64,000 nucleotides of DNA from the NCBI GenBank assembly GCA_963663385.2, contig CAXXXD010000003.1:1120001-1184000 (forward strand). Direction: 5' to 3'. Positions 38,128 to 48,106 of the stretch are shown here, in pieces. The notes under the pieces were generated by a model that worked only from the letters and a program-made list of their open reading frames with translations, was not told where the DNA came from and made no database searches. The position numbers and the translations under genes are program-made. Position 1 is the first letter of the stretch. Every line of letters begins with the position of its first letter. Origin of the DNA: Oceanispirochaeta sp. Lineage in GTDB: Bacteria > Spirochaetota > Spirochaetia > DSM-2461.

Positions 38128-40943
38128 TGCTGCTGGAACAACCGGGGCGGCATCCCGTGTCCGTAATAATGGTATTTACGGCTCTTCTTCTGTTCGGAAT
38201 AGTCTCGTACAGCCAGCTGAATCTGGAAGAGCTGCCTGAGATATCCGTACCCTATATCAATGTGGTATGTGAATACCCGGCTTTCCCTCCTGATGAAATT
38301 GAACAGCTTCTGACGATCCCTCTGGAAAATGCCCTCTCCGGCGTTAAGGGCGTAAAGGATATGACCTCCCTCTCCGGTGACGGGTTATCCTCGGTGAGTC
38401 TCCGGTTTGACTGGGATGCGGATATGGATGAAGCGGCTCTGGATGTGCGGGAGGCAATTGACTCGGTCTACCCCTATCTCCCCGAGGGGGTATCCAAGCC
38501 GCTGGTATTCAAAGAGAACCTTTCGGATAAACCGGTGATGAAGCTGGTCTGCTTCCCCGCTGAAGGGGTGGAACCGGATGATCTCTATATTCCTGTAAAA
38601 TATGAACTGGCAAACCGTCTGCGGGAAATACGGGAGATAGGCAGAATCAGGCTGGGAGGATTGCGTAAACCCGAAATCCACATTCAGACGGATATGGAGC
38701 AGCTTTATGAATTGAACCTGTCCGTATCGGAGCTCGGCTCCCGTATCGGACACTATATAGTCGATCTGCCTGTCGGGAAGATAAGCGAATCCGGGCGGGA
38801 GCGCCTGGTAAGGATCGATTCAAAGCTGACAGATCCTTCCGATCTGGAAAAACTGCCGCTTCAGGACGGCAGTTCCCTTACCGTCGGGGATATTGCGGCC
38901 GTAAGGTGGGAAAGCGAAGACCCCACATCCCTGTTCTTCCATAAAGGAAAAGCCGCCGTAAGCCTGGAGATATATAAATCAGGCAGTGCGGGAACAGTGG
39001 AAGCGGCCGCCCGGATCAGGGAACTTCTTCCGGAGTTGAATGAACAGTATAAGGACCGTTTCACCCTGATTGTTCTGAAGGACTCCTCCCGCAGTATTTC
39101 CCGTTCCGTAAGGTCCCTTCTTATCTCCCTTTTTCTGGGATTAACGGCAGCAGCGGGGGTTCTGTTCTTTCTGTACAGAGGCATCAGTATCCCCGGAATA
39201 ACGGCCCTGACCATTCCCCTCACGCTGATTATTCTGTTCTTTATCCTTTATATTCTGGATATTTCCCTGAATCTGGTTTCCCTTCTGGGGATGATAATCG
39301 GTATCGGGCTGATTGCCGATAATACCATTATTGTCCTTGAAGCGCTTAATGAGAACGGATCCTGTCCCCCCGAAGAGAGCGGCCGCATCCTGAGGGGAAT
39401 TTCTCCCGCCGTATTCTCTTCCTCTCTGACAACCGTTCTTGTTTTCCTTCCCCCCCTGTTTCTGCCGGGAGCTGTTTCCGCTCTGTTCCGGGACCTTATT
39501 TTTACCGTAATAGCCCTGATTATCCTGTCTTTTTTTGTTTCCCATTTTTTTGCTCCCGCCTGCCTCTTTCTGCTGTGTGCCCGCACAAAAGAGGGGGAGC
39601 GAAGAGGTAAATCCTGCTCTTTTCTTATCACGGGAGTAAAACGATACAGACAGCTGCTCGGCGCATCCCTGGATCTTTCCCCCAAAGGAAGACACATTCC
39701 CCGGGGAGTCTATATTCTGATTCTCTGTTTTACTGTTCTTATGGTTGTTATTCTTCCCCATGAACTACTCCCGGAGTCGGGAAACAGGGAGTATACCATT
39801 GAGATTTCCCTTCCCGGGGAGTGGGATGTTGAGAGAATCGGGAAGGAGTGCGTCTGGCTGACCGCTCAGCTGGAGCAGTTTGTCCCGCAGGGTCGGATCA
39901 GCATCTCCGCCGGGTATGAAAAGGACTCCATCCGGGACAGAAGCCGGCCGGCCTGTCATCTGCATAAACTGGATATCTCCCTGTCAGTGGATGAGGGGTA
40001 TCCGTTTCCGGAATCCGGAGAACTTAAACAGTTCTTTGCAGCTCTGGGGTATCCGGAGGTCCAGCTGCGTAGCATCCGGAATTCAGTGGAGACAGCTCTC
40101 CTTCCGTCCCTGGCAAGGCAGGGCGATGAAACCCGGCCGGTGCTGCGATTTTCTCCCCATGATAAAAGCCTTCAGGCCTCCGGATGGACCGCAGCCGCCC
40201 TGCAGCAGGAGCTGGGTGCTTTAATACAGGGCATTAAGGCGGGAGAGGTCCCTTATGACAGGGAAAAGATCGCCATACGAATTCGGGCGGATGAAAAATA
40301 CCGTTCCACCCCTGACGCTATCCGGCGGATCAGACTGAAAAAGGGCGATCAGTGGTCTCTTCTGGATGATCTCCTACAGGTGGAACAGACAAGGGAAGAG
40401 CGGGAGCTGATAAGAGAAAACAGGGGGAACGGAGCCTGTAATGCGAACCTGTTCGACAAAGGTGTTTTTCTCCGTTTGTATACTTTTGCGCTCATTCTGA
40501 TTTTCCTTGTTCTGGGAATACAGACCGAATCCCTCAAACGGGCCTCCCTTCTGATGCTGTCCTTTCCCGTTTCTCTGGCCGGATCCCTGATTTTCCTCGG
40601 TATCTTCCGATACAGCCTGAATATCTACAGTTTTATGGGAATCCTCATCCTGCAGGGAACCATCATCAATACGGGTATCCTCCTGCTGGACGGGCTGAAA
40701 GGAGGGGACAGAGCCGAAGTTCTGAGAGTTACCTCCCGCCGGATCAGACCGGTTGCGGCTACCACCGGGACAACGGTCTGCGCCCTTGTCCCCGTTCTTT
40801 TCCAGTCCCTTCTCCGAGGCGATGCGACAGGGGCCATGGCGGCAGCCGTGATAGGCGGTATGCTAACGGGAACCCCTCTGATCCTTTATTATATACCCCT
40901 GTTCCATTATCAGATAACCCGGATAGACAATAAAACTAGATGA
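38127..40943 (+). CDS. Divergent RND (AcrB-like) permease subunit 1
   Basis: HPVSVIM, LEELPEI, IEQLLTIPLENAL, GLIADNTIIVLE, SSLTTVLVFLP, RIRPV; about 938 aa. Confidence 0.85.
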   Translation: MLLEQPGRHPVSVIMVFTALLLFGIVSYSQLNLEELPEISVPYINVVCEYPAFPPDEIEQLLTIPLENALSGVKGVKDMTSLSGDGLSSVSLRFDWDADMDEAALDVREAIDSVYPYLPEGVSKPLVFKENLSDKPVMKLVCFPAEGVEPDDLYIPVKYELANRLREIREIGRIRLGGLRKPEIHIQTDMEQLYELNLSVSELGSRIGHYIVDLPVGKISESGRERLVRIDSKLTDPSDLEKLPLQDGSSLTVGDIAAVRWESEDPTSLFFHKGKAAVSLEIYKSGSAGTVEAAARIRELLPELNEQYKDRFTLIVLKDSSRSISRSVRSLLISLFLGLTAAAGVLFFLYRGISIPGITALTIPLTLIILFFILYILDISLNLVSLLGMIIGIGLIADNTIIVLEALNENGSCPPEESGRILRGISPAVFSSSLTTVLVFLPPLFLPGAVSALFRDLIFTVIALIILSFFVSHFFAPACLFLLCARTKEGERRGKSCSFLITGVKRYRQLLGASLDLSPKGRHIPRGVYILILCFTVLMVVILPHELLPESGNREYTIEISLPGEWDVERIGKECVWLTAQLEQFVPQGRISISAGYEKDSIRDRSRPACHLHKLDISLSVDEGYPFPESGELKQFFAALGYPEVQLRSIRNSVETALLPSLARQGDETRPVLRFSPHDKSLQASGWTAAALQQELGALIQGIKAGEVPYDREKIAIRIRADEKYRSTPDAIRRIRLKKGDQWSLLDDLLQVEQTREERELIRENRGNGACNANLFDKGVFLRLYTFALILIFLVLGIQTESLKRASLLMLSFPVSLAGSLIFLGIFRYSLNIYSFMGILILQGTIINTGILLLDGLKGGDRAEVLRVTSRRIRPVAATTGTTVCALVPVLFQSLLRGDATGAMAAAVIGGMLTGTPLILYYIPLFHYQITRIDNKTR

Positions 40944-43744
40944 GACGCTTCCCTTTTAAACAGAGACCTTTTTTTCTCCTGCTTCTGATGCTGCTGGTGG
41001 CTCTCTTCCTGATGAGGCAGGCCTCTTTTTCCTACTACCCTGAAAGCAACACCCGGATAATCAGTATTACTATTGAGTTCAGGGGAACCTTTCAGGAGGG
41101 AATCGAACAAATCATCACCATCCCCCTTGAGGATGAGCTTGTTACCCTGGAGGGCCTGAAAAATATCAGTTCCGTATCGGAAAATGAAAAAGCTTCTCTC
41201 ACTCTGCTTTTTGAAGATGAAACTGATCTGAATCAGGCTTACCTGGATGTGCGGGAGTGTGTGGAACGGATCTCCGCAGGTTTTCCGGATCAGGTTCAGA
41301 AACCGCGCATCCTGAAAAGCGACAATAATGCCGCCCCTGTTTTTATCCTGATGTGTCCGAGTCCGTCCCTCCGGAATGAGGAGGAGATTAAAAATATCTT
41401 CAGAAATATCCCCGGTACGGGACAGATCGATGTAGGGGGAGCGCCCCGTAAAGATACAGTACTTCTTATGGATAGGGAGAAAATGCTCTCCTATAAACTC
41501 TCTCCCCCGGGGATTGCAGGGGCCCTCAGCCGACAGAACCGGATTGTAAGCGTTTTGATGGCCCCGGGGTATTCCCTTACGGGAGATATGAGATTCAAGG
41601 GGCTGGATGATTTTTCCGAGGCTATGGTAAAACCGGATACAAAGCTGAGCTTTCTGGGTCAGGCCGTATGGAAGAACGCTCCTTCCGAGGTGATTTCACG
41701 GGTAAACGGGGAGGAGAAAACTCTTATAGGAATCAGGCAGACAGGGGATGCCAATACCATAGAGCTGTGCCGTAAACTCAGAGAGGCTTCATCCGTTCTG
41801 GAATCTCCCCAAATCCTCTATGACAAGGGCTCTCTTATGGAGAAAGCTCTGAAAGAGGTGGGAACAGCTATCCTGATCGGGGTTGTGACTGTTTTCCTTA
41901 CAACCTGTTTTTTTCTGGGAAGCCGATGGAATGCCTTTCTTCTCAGTCTGAATATCCCTTTTTCCATCCTCTGCGCCCTGGGTATTCTATCGGCTCTGGG
42001 AAAGGACATCGATATAATGGTCCTGTCCGGGGTGGCTGTCGCCACGGGGCTGATCATTGACGGGGGAGTCGTCTTTCTGGAGTGCGGGCCGGTGGTAGGA
42101 CGGAAACCCCTTGTGTATTCACTTATGTCCACGCTTCTGGTTTTCACCGCACTGATTTTTCTGCCCCTTTCGGTAAAAAAAATGTTTGGCAGCATTATCT
42201 GGCCCATTACCCTGATCCTTGCCCTGTCTCTCTTCTATATTTTTTCAATCCTTAAAGAGGCCATGATATATCAGGAGGATGCATTCGGTTTCAAAAACCT
42301 TCCTGTCAGGGCCCTTTTTGATCATATTCGGAATAAGCGTGTTCTATTCATTACTGCAACCGCAGGTATTCTTGTTCTTTCCCTGTTTTCCGCTTTCAAT
42401 GTAAACCTTCAAAAGGATCTGATCCTGCCGGATAACAGCCTTTTTTTTACAGTGGAATACCCGGCGGGTACAACAAAAGAACTCGTAGCAAAAGATCTGT
42501 CTCCGCTTGAAGAACAGCTGAAGGAGCTGGATGAAATCCGGTATTTTTCCACAGAATTCCGCAGTGAAAAAGGCTCTTTTAATCTTCAGCTCCAAAAAGG
42601 ACTTTCGGTTAAACAGATGGATTCCCTGAAAAAAAGGATAAGGGAAATGAACCGAACCAGAGGCGGTTCTCTGTTTTTCAGGGAACCCGACCGTAGCAAA
42701 ACCTACGATATAACCCTTCTGGGGCATAACAGGAAGGAGCTGTATACAACAGCCAGAACGCTATCGGCGGCCCTCCAGGCGGAAAGTACGGGCCATGTAA
42801 TCCTGCATTTTAAAGAAAGGCCTGATGATTTGTGTCTGACTGTGGATATTCCCTCCCTGGGGCAGGTCCTGTTGACTCCGCGGGCTATTTTTCAAAAGCT
42901 CTCCCGCACCCTTAATCATCCGGTCTGGTTAAAATGGGTACCCCCTGATTCTGCCAGACGGGAGCAGGAACGTTATGATGTAAGGATATTTTCCCGGGAG
43001 GATAATATAACAGACGAACAGGATATACGGGATATGCTGATTCTAGACGAATCGGGAGAGCCTCAAGTTCTGGGGCCGTTTATCAAGGTGGAAGAGAGAG
43101 AGAGTTTCGGGCGCATACGGCATGAGCGGGGAGTGCGGTCGGTCAGCCTGTCTCTGGCAGGTTCTTCTTTATCCCGCAGGGATCAGAAGGCGGCTGTAGC
43201 CGGGGCGCTGAATAAAATGGATATTCCCCCCGGGATTACCATTAACCACGGACGGGAGTATAAGGAAGAACAGGAAACCGCCCTGTTTCTGACATCAGCA
43301 CTTGTTCTGGCAATGGTACTTCTGTTTATTCTCCTCATATTCCTTTTTGAGGCAATTAGAATTCCCCTGCTGCTTTTTATACAGATACCACTGTCTCTTC
43401 TTCTGCCTCTTATGACTCTTTATTTTCTGAGTATCCCCCTGTCTCTTCCTGTATTTTTTGCCCTTATTCTTGTCATCGGTATTTCCGTTAATAATGGAAT
43501 TGTGTTGTTTAATGGCATGGGGAAGGGAGATCTGGATAGGGATAGTGTTATCCGTTCTTTTGAAGCCCACGGGAGTTCCCTGATAATCTCTCTGACCACA
43601 ACTGTAGCCGGGGTGATTCCTCTGCTGTTTACGGGAGACGGAACAGCATCACCCCTCTGGGGGCTCTCTCTGACAATCTGTATGGGACTTGCCGGTTCGG
43701 TTCTGTTTCTTCTGATACTGACACCATTGCTGATAAGGGAGTAA
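40940..43744 (+). CDS. Divergent RND (AcrB-like) permease subunit 2
   Basis: IEQIITIPLEDEL, GLIIDGGVVFLE, GISVNNGIVL, TTTVAGVIPL; 934 aa. Confidence 0.82.
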   Translation: MRRFPFKQRPFFLLLLMLLVALFLMRQASFSYYPESNTRIISITIEFRGTFQEGIEQIITIPLEDELVTLEGLKNISSVSENEKASLTLLFEDETDLNQAYLDVRECVERISAGFPDQVQKPRILKSDNNAAPVFILMCPSPSLRNEEEIKNIFRNIPGTGQIDVGGAPRKDTVLLMDREKMLSYKLSPPGIAGALSRQNRIVSVLMAPGYSLTGDMRFKGLDDFSEAMVKPDTKLSFLGQAVWKNAPSEVISRVNGEEKTLIGIRQTGDANTIELCRKLREASSVLESPQILYDKGSLMEKALKEVGTAILIGVVTVFLTTCFFLGSRWNAFLLSLNIPFSILCALGILSALGKDIDIMVLSGVAVATGLIIDGGVVFLECGPVVGRKPLVYSLMSTLLVFTALIFLPLSVKKMFGSIIWPITLILALSLFYIFSILKEAMIYQEDAFGFKNLPVRALFDHIRNKRVLFITATAGILVLSLFSAFNVNLQKDLILPDNSLFFTVEYPAGTTKELVAKDLSPLEEQLKELDEIRYFSTEFRSEKGSFNLQLQKGLSVKQMDSLKKRIREMNRTRGGSLFFREPDRSKTYDITLLGHNRKELYTTARTLSAALQAESTGHVILHFKERPDDLCLTVDIPSLGQVLLTPRAIFQKLSRTLNHPVWLKWVPPDSARREQERYDVRIFSREDNITDEQDIRDMLILDESGEPQVLGPFIKVEERESFGRIRHERGVRSVSLSLAGSSLSRRDQKAAVAGALNKMDIPPGITINHGREYKEEQETALFLTSALVLAMVLLFILLIFLFEAIRIPLLLFIQIPLSLLLPLMTLYFLSIPLSLPVFFALILVIGISVNNGIVLFNGMGKGDLDRDSVIRSFEAHGSSLIISLTTTVAGVIPLLFTGDGTASPLWGLSLTICMGLAGSVLFLLILTPLLIRE

Positions 43745-43764
43745 TTAAAAAATCAAAAGGGCAT

Positions 43765-43803
43765 AAAAAAAGCCCGTAAGTCTGGACGTTGAATCTTACG
43801 GAC
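43765..43803 (-). terminator. Intrinsic terminator of the lepB-PBP-DUF115 operon
   Basis: Minus strand GTCCGTAAG...CTTACGGGC followed by TTTTTTT. Confidence 0.65.
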
Positions 43804-43875
43804 CTGATATAGCAATAAACACATATTGTGTTCCCTTTTAAAATCGGCCTGTAAGAAAGAACCTTTAATGAAAAA

Positions 43876-45663
43876 TTATTTTTTTGGCAAATTCAGTTCA
43901 TTTAAATGGAATTCAAGACTCTCTTTCAGGCTGCCGTAGAAGCGGGTGGATTGTCTGATGATTTCCCCGGGTGATTTCCTCTTTCGGGAATCCGCCAGAA
44001 AGCTTTCTAGAAGAGGGAGGAGAAAGAACCCTGCAATTTCCCGTCCTCCCAGGGAGAGAATCTTTCTGTCAATCTGTTCCAGCTGTTTAAAATCTCCGCT
44101 GTTAACAGCCTTCTCATCCATACGGCTGGAAATCTCCCAGCCTTCGGCAGATAAGCTCAGCAGTTCCCCCAGCTCCTTTCTTAATCCCTCAAGAGCCGCT
44201 GCAACATCTTCACGGCTTGTTCGGGCTTTCATAAGGGATACCTCTTTAAGGAGGGTGTCAAGAGCTTTCCGTATAACAGGGTATTCTCTGAGTTCTGCTA
44301 CATCCCGGCAGGGCATTCCTTCCAGACGTATTCCACGCTCTGAAAGGTTTCCGGTTTGAACTTCAGGGTGTTCTTTCATCTGTTTTTCAAACCAGGAAAT
44401 ATAGATTTTCATCCTCTGGTCAGTCAGGATTGTCTCTCCCCTGTAATCTTCCGCTACGTAGGGATTCCCGCTCCATAGAGCCTGCCAGCCTGCGTTATCA
44501 ACGGGATTGAATCTCCGGCTGAATGTATGAACCCTCTCTTCAAAAGTGCTGCCCCTGTAATGGGTCTGCCTGTCCGGAAAACCAAGATCCAGGCCGGCAC
44601 AGAATATTTCCCTGCAGCCCATTACTCTGATCAGATCCCAGGCTGCCGTGGCTACCGAACCGCCGGATTTCAGTTTACCCTTTGTTTCCGTATGCTTTTC
44701 CAGATATTGTCCCAGGGGGAAGGGGGTGGAGCAGAAAAACAGGGGGCCTTCGGTTCGGCGAAAAACCGACGGGTAGGTGGATACGTCCGAAACCAGAATG
44801 GATTTTTTTATATTGCACCTGTCCAGGTGACGGGTATTCCAGTACTGGGGATCAGTCAGGACAGTAAAGTCCGGTTCAACACCCCATTCCAGGCAGGCCC
44901 TGAGAGCCGTGTCTACACAAACCAGGAGCATCCTCTCCCGCAGATCCTTCAGGCGGGGGAGAATTGCATTCAGCCCCGGGCCTGCTGCAATCAGAAGGGC
45001 CGGTACCCCCCGAAATTGGTCTTTCAGGGATTTCACAGCGGCGGCCCGGCTTAATAGCTCCGCATTCCGGCTGATATTGCTGATCCAGAGGCGGTTGAAC
45101 TTCCGGTGAGTATTGGTGTTAATCTCTCTTTTTGCCAGGTAGTCCCTGACGCACTTGTCCAGGTTGTCGTAATACTCTCTGTTGGCAAGATAGAGAGGTC
45201 TGAGCATACAGGATTGGATTCGGGTCGTTTTTATCTTACTCAGAAGAATCGTGACATCCTCCGGTTTGCTCCCCAGGAGGATGCTGAAAGAGTCGGAAGA
45301 GAAAAGCTTCGTATAGTCCCTGGCGCTGATGGCGTGACGGAACTGGGTTATATCCGGTTCGATAAGGGTAAAAAGAGCGTCGGGGTAACGGAACTGGAAC
45401 GCCTCAATCTGATACCCCAGACCGAAACCGTAAAACAGGCAGTAGTCCGTTTCCGGATCAATTTCCCTGTCTATCAGTTTTTCTGCTTCCTTCTCCGGGT
45501 TATGACGGGAGTGGATGAATATGCCGTCCTTTTTCAGGGTAATCCCGCCGCTCCTGGCCGGCTGAATTTCATAATCCCCGGAAAGGGGGGCATCTTTCAC
45601 AACCTTCTCAATCCCGGGGAAACGGCCCTTGAGGGCCCGGAGGTTAATTTCATAATAGTTCAT
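43876..45663 (-). CDS. Motility-associated factor / DUF115 (MptE-like domain) protein
   Basis: HSRHNPEKEA, GFGLGYQ, IAAGPGL, VDTA, LTDPQ, GGSVATAA, GLDLGF...HY. Confidence 0.8.
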   Translation of the reverse strand: MNYYEINLRALKGRFPGIEKVVKDAPLSGDYEIQPARSGGITLKKDGIFIHSRHNPEKEAEKLIDREIDPETDYCLFYGFGLGYQIEAFQFRYPDALFTLIEPDITQFRHAISARDYTKLFSSDSFSILLGSKPEDVTILLSKIKTTRIQSCMLRPLYLANREYYDNLDKCVRDYLAKREINTNTHRKFNRLWISNISRNAELLSRAAAVKSLKDQFRGVPALLIAAGPGLNAILPRLKDLRERMLLVCVDTALRACLEWGVEPDFTVLTDPQYWNTRHLDRCNIKKSILVSDVSTYPSVFRRTEGPLFFCSTPFPLGQYLEKHTETKGKLKSGGSVATAAWDLIRVMGCREIFCAGLDLGFPDRQTHYRGSTFEERVHTFSRRFNPVDNAGWQALWSGNPYVAEDYRGETILTDQRMKIYISWFEKQMKEHPEVQTGNLSERGIRLEGMPCRDVAELREYPVIRKALDTLLKEVSLMKARTSREDVAAALEGLRKELGELLSLSAEGWEISSRMDEKAVNSGDFKQLEQIDRKILSLGGREIAGFFLLPLLESFLADSRKRKSPGEIIRQSTRFYGSLKESLEFHLNELNLPKK

Positions 45664-47552
45664 TTGAATTCCAGATAGACAGTTGTTTCTTCACTTATCT
45701 CTTCACCTGCAGGGGGAAACTGAAAAACAACCCATCCCTCTCCCTGAAAGTTCACGGGGATTTCCCTGTTGTTCAGAAGAAAAAGGGCATCCCTTTTGGA
45801 CATACCTGTAAAATCAGGAAGAGTTTCCTTTATCTCCTCTTTATCACCGGACGGAATGGTAACCGATCCTGAGTGTTCCAGAACCTGATTGCCCTCAATC
45901 ACGATGCCGTAGTAGGGCGACAGGGCTTCGGCCAGCTCCTTGACAATGGGAGAAGCAATCCTTCCGCCGTAGTAACTCTGCCCCTTGGGATACTGGATTA
46001 TTACATAGATAATCAGTTTCGGGTCCTCCGTCGGGAAAATAGCCAGTACGGAAGCCATATAATCCTCGTCCGAGTAGGTCCCCGTTTCCGGATCTATCTT
46101 CTGGGCTGTACCGGACTTTCCGGAAATTCTTAGTCCAGGTACCTGGGCACGCCGCACGGTTCCCTGAGGAGACGATACGACCTGTTCCATCATCAAAAGT
46201 ATACTTTCGGCCACTTCGGGAGAAACAACTTCCCTTACAGGTTCTCTTTCGTACTTTTTGATAATTTCACCTTCCGGAGAAACCACTCTATCGATAATGT
46301 GCGGTTTGAGCAGAACCCCGCTGTTGGTAAAAACAGTGGCTGCCGTGATCATCTGCAGAGCGGAAACACCGATCTCCTGTCCCATCGCGATAGTCGGTTT
46401 GGACCGGATCGACCACTTCTGGGGGGGGCCCAGAATTCCGTTGGACTCTCCCGTCAGGGGCAGTCCGGTTTTTTTGCCGAAACCGAAGTTTTTCAGCATA
46501 TTGTAGTGATCCGTAGCGGACACACTGTCCGAAGCGAGCGCCGTGCCCACATTGCTGGAGTGAACAAGAATCCCTGTGGGATCAAGTATGCCGTAGTTAC
46601 CCAGGTCGGTTATGGGAGGGATATTATATTTTTTGAAAATCTCGGGATTATAGGAATGACTGGTATCAAAACGGTCCTGAGGCTTAACCCCGCCCAGTTC
46701 CATAAAGGTCGCCATGGAAAAGATCTTCATAACAGATCCCGGCTCATAGGTCAGAGTAACGGGAAGGTTGTTTCTCTCCTGAGCGGAATAGGAGGAGAAA
46801 TTATTGGGATCAAATGAGGGGAGGGAAACGTAACTGTAGAATTCCCCCGTTTTCGCGCCCATAACCAGTATCATCAAACCTTCCGGTTTATGCTCCTTAA
46901 AGGCTTTCAGAGCAATCTGCTCGGTTATATACTGAGTATTCAGATCTATGGTCAGGTAGACATCATTTCCATACAGGATTTTTTCCTCTCCCGTTGTAAT
47001 GGAAGGAGGGGCCAGTACCTGGTTGAAGGTATACTCAATCCCCTCAAGGCCTGTATTATCAGTCCCTGCGTAACCTATCAGGTGGGCTGCAAGTTCTTTT
47101 TCCGGGTAGTTTCTTCCGTGTTCTTTTTCCAGACGGATACCCGGCAGCTTCCCCTCATTCATAAGGGCTGTAAGGTTTTTTGATTCTGTCGGTGAAATGA
47201 GTCTCTTGATATAGAGAAACCCCTGCCTTGTCGAATCGTTGAAACGTTCGGACAGGGCACTCCTGTCAAGATCCAGGGTTTCGGCCAGAAGCCTTGCCGT
47301 CTCCTCCCTGTCTTTGAATTCAGGTATCCAGCCGGTTACCGAATCCAGTCTGGTCTGGATCGCCAGAAGCCTTCCGTTCCGGTCGTAAATGCCGCCACGT
47401 TCCATTGTAGGAAACTGGGGTGTATCCCGCGGCGTCCTGTTTGCCGGATTCAGCATGATAAACCCGTATTGAACAATTAAGGCAAAGGTTACTGTAAAGA
47501 GGATTATAAGGAAAATTCTGAAACGTCTGGTATTAATGTCAGTAGAACTCAA
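45660..47552 (-). CDS. Class B penicillin-binding protein (FtsI-like) with PASTA domain
   Basis: RGGIYDRNG, YEPGSVMK (SxxK), SSN, KSGTAQK; C-terminal LPDFTGM PASTA. Confidence 0.92.
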   Translation of the reverse strand: MSSTDINTRRFRIFLIILFTVTFALIVQYGFIMLNPANRTPRDTPQFPTMERGGIYDRNGRLLAIQTRLDSVTGWIPEFKDREETARLLAETLDLDRSALSERFNDSTRQGFLYIKRLISPTESKNLTALMNEGKLPGIRLEKEHGRNYPEKELAAHLIGYAGTDNTGLEGIEYTFNQVLAPPSITTGEEKILYGNDVYLTIDLNTQYITEQIALKAFKEHKPEGLMILVMGAKTGEFYSYVSLPSFDPNNFSSYSAQERNNLPVTLTYEPGSVMKIFSMATFMELGGVKPQDRFDTSHSYNPEIFKKYNIPPITDLGNYGILDPTGILVHSSNVGTALASDSVSATDHYNMLKNFGFGKKTGLPLTGESNGILGPPQKWSIRSKPTIAMGQEIGVSALQMITAATVFTNSGVLLKPHIIDRVVSPEGEIIKKYEREPVREVVSPEVAESILLMMEQVVSSPQGTVRRAQVPGLRISGKSGTAQKIDPETGTYSDEDYMASVLAIFPTEDPKLIIYVIIQYPKGQSYYGGRIASPIVKELAEALSPYYGIVIEGNQVLEHSGSVTIPSGDKEEIKETLPDFTGMSKRDALFLLNNREIPVNFQGEGWVVFQFPPAGEEISEETTVYLEFK

Positions 47553-48049
47553 TAGATTTTCCTAAGTGGGGCGCTTATTACCTTTCCCAGTATATCAGAT
47601 GTGGAAATATAACCATAGTCCCTGGAATCAACAGAATGGAAAGGATTATCACCCAGTACCATAATATAGTTTTCCGGAATTACAGGATTCTGGCTCAGAC
47701 GTTTCTGCTGGGTGTCTGTTAAAAAGAATTCCTGTTCTCCCACAACCAGCCAGCCAGCCCTGTTTATCTCAATCGATTCTCCGGAAAGAAGGCGGCAGCG
47801 CTTTACTACAAGTCTGTTATCGTCGGGAGTTCGAAATATGACAATGTCATTTTCACGGGGGGATCTGTCTATATGGAAAAAACTCTTATAGGCCAGTTTG
47901 TTCACCAGGATAGTCTGTCCATTATGCAGAACAGGCTCCATTGAGTTTTCCTGTACCTGTAGTATATCGAAACAGGAGAACAGGATCAGGGCGGTCAAGA
48001 GAATTATACCCACCGGTCCACCGTAATGATAGATAAGTTTCAGAATCAT
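47549..48049 (-). CDS. lepB: Signal peptidase I
   Basis: NSMEP, DIVIF, VVKRC, VLGDN...SVDSRDYG. Confidence 0.9.
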   Translation of the reverse strand: MILKLIYHYGGPVGIILLTALILFSCFDILQVQENSMEPVLHNGQTILVNKLAYKSFFHIDRSPRENDIVIFRTPDDNRLVVKRCRLLSGESIEINRAGWLVVGEQEFFLTDTQQKRLSQNPVIPENYIMVLGDNPFHSVDSRDYGYISTSDILGKVISAPLRKIY

Positions 48050-48106
48050 ATATCAAGTTATATTAATACACACCCTTATTTTTGTCGATATATTGGGTAG
48101 TTTATT

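Noticed and set aside
31837..43810. 10-bp inverted repeat ATATCAGGTC (31837-46) / GACCTGATAT (43801-10) flanking the RND/Ig operon, as possible element ends
   Set aside because: Does not extend beyond 10 bp; no recombinase or target-site duplication; compatible with chance.
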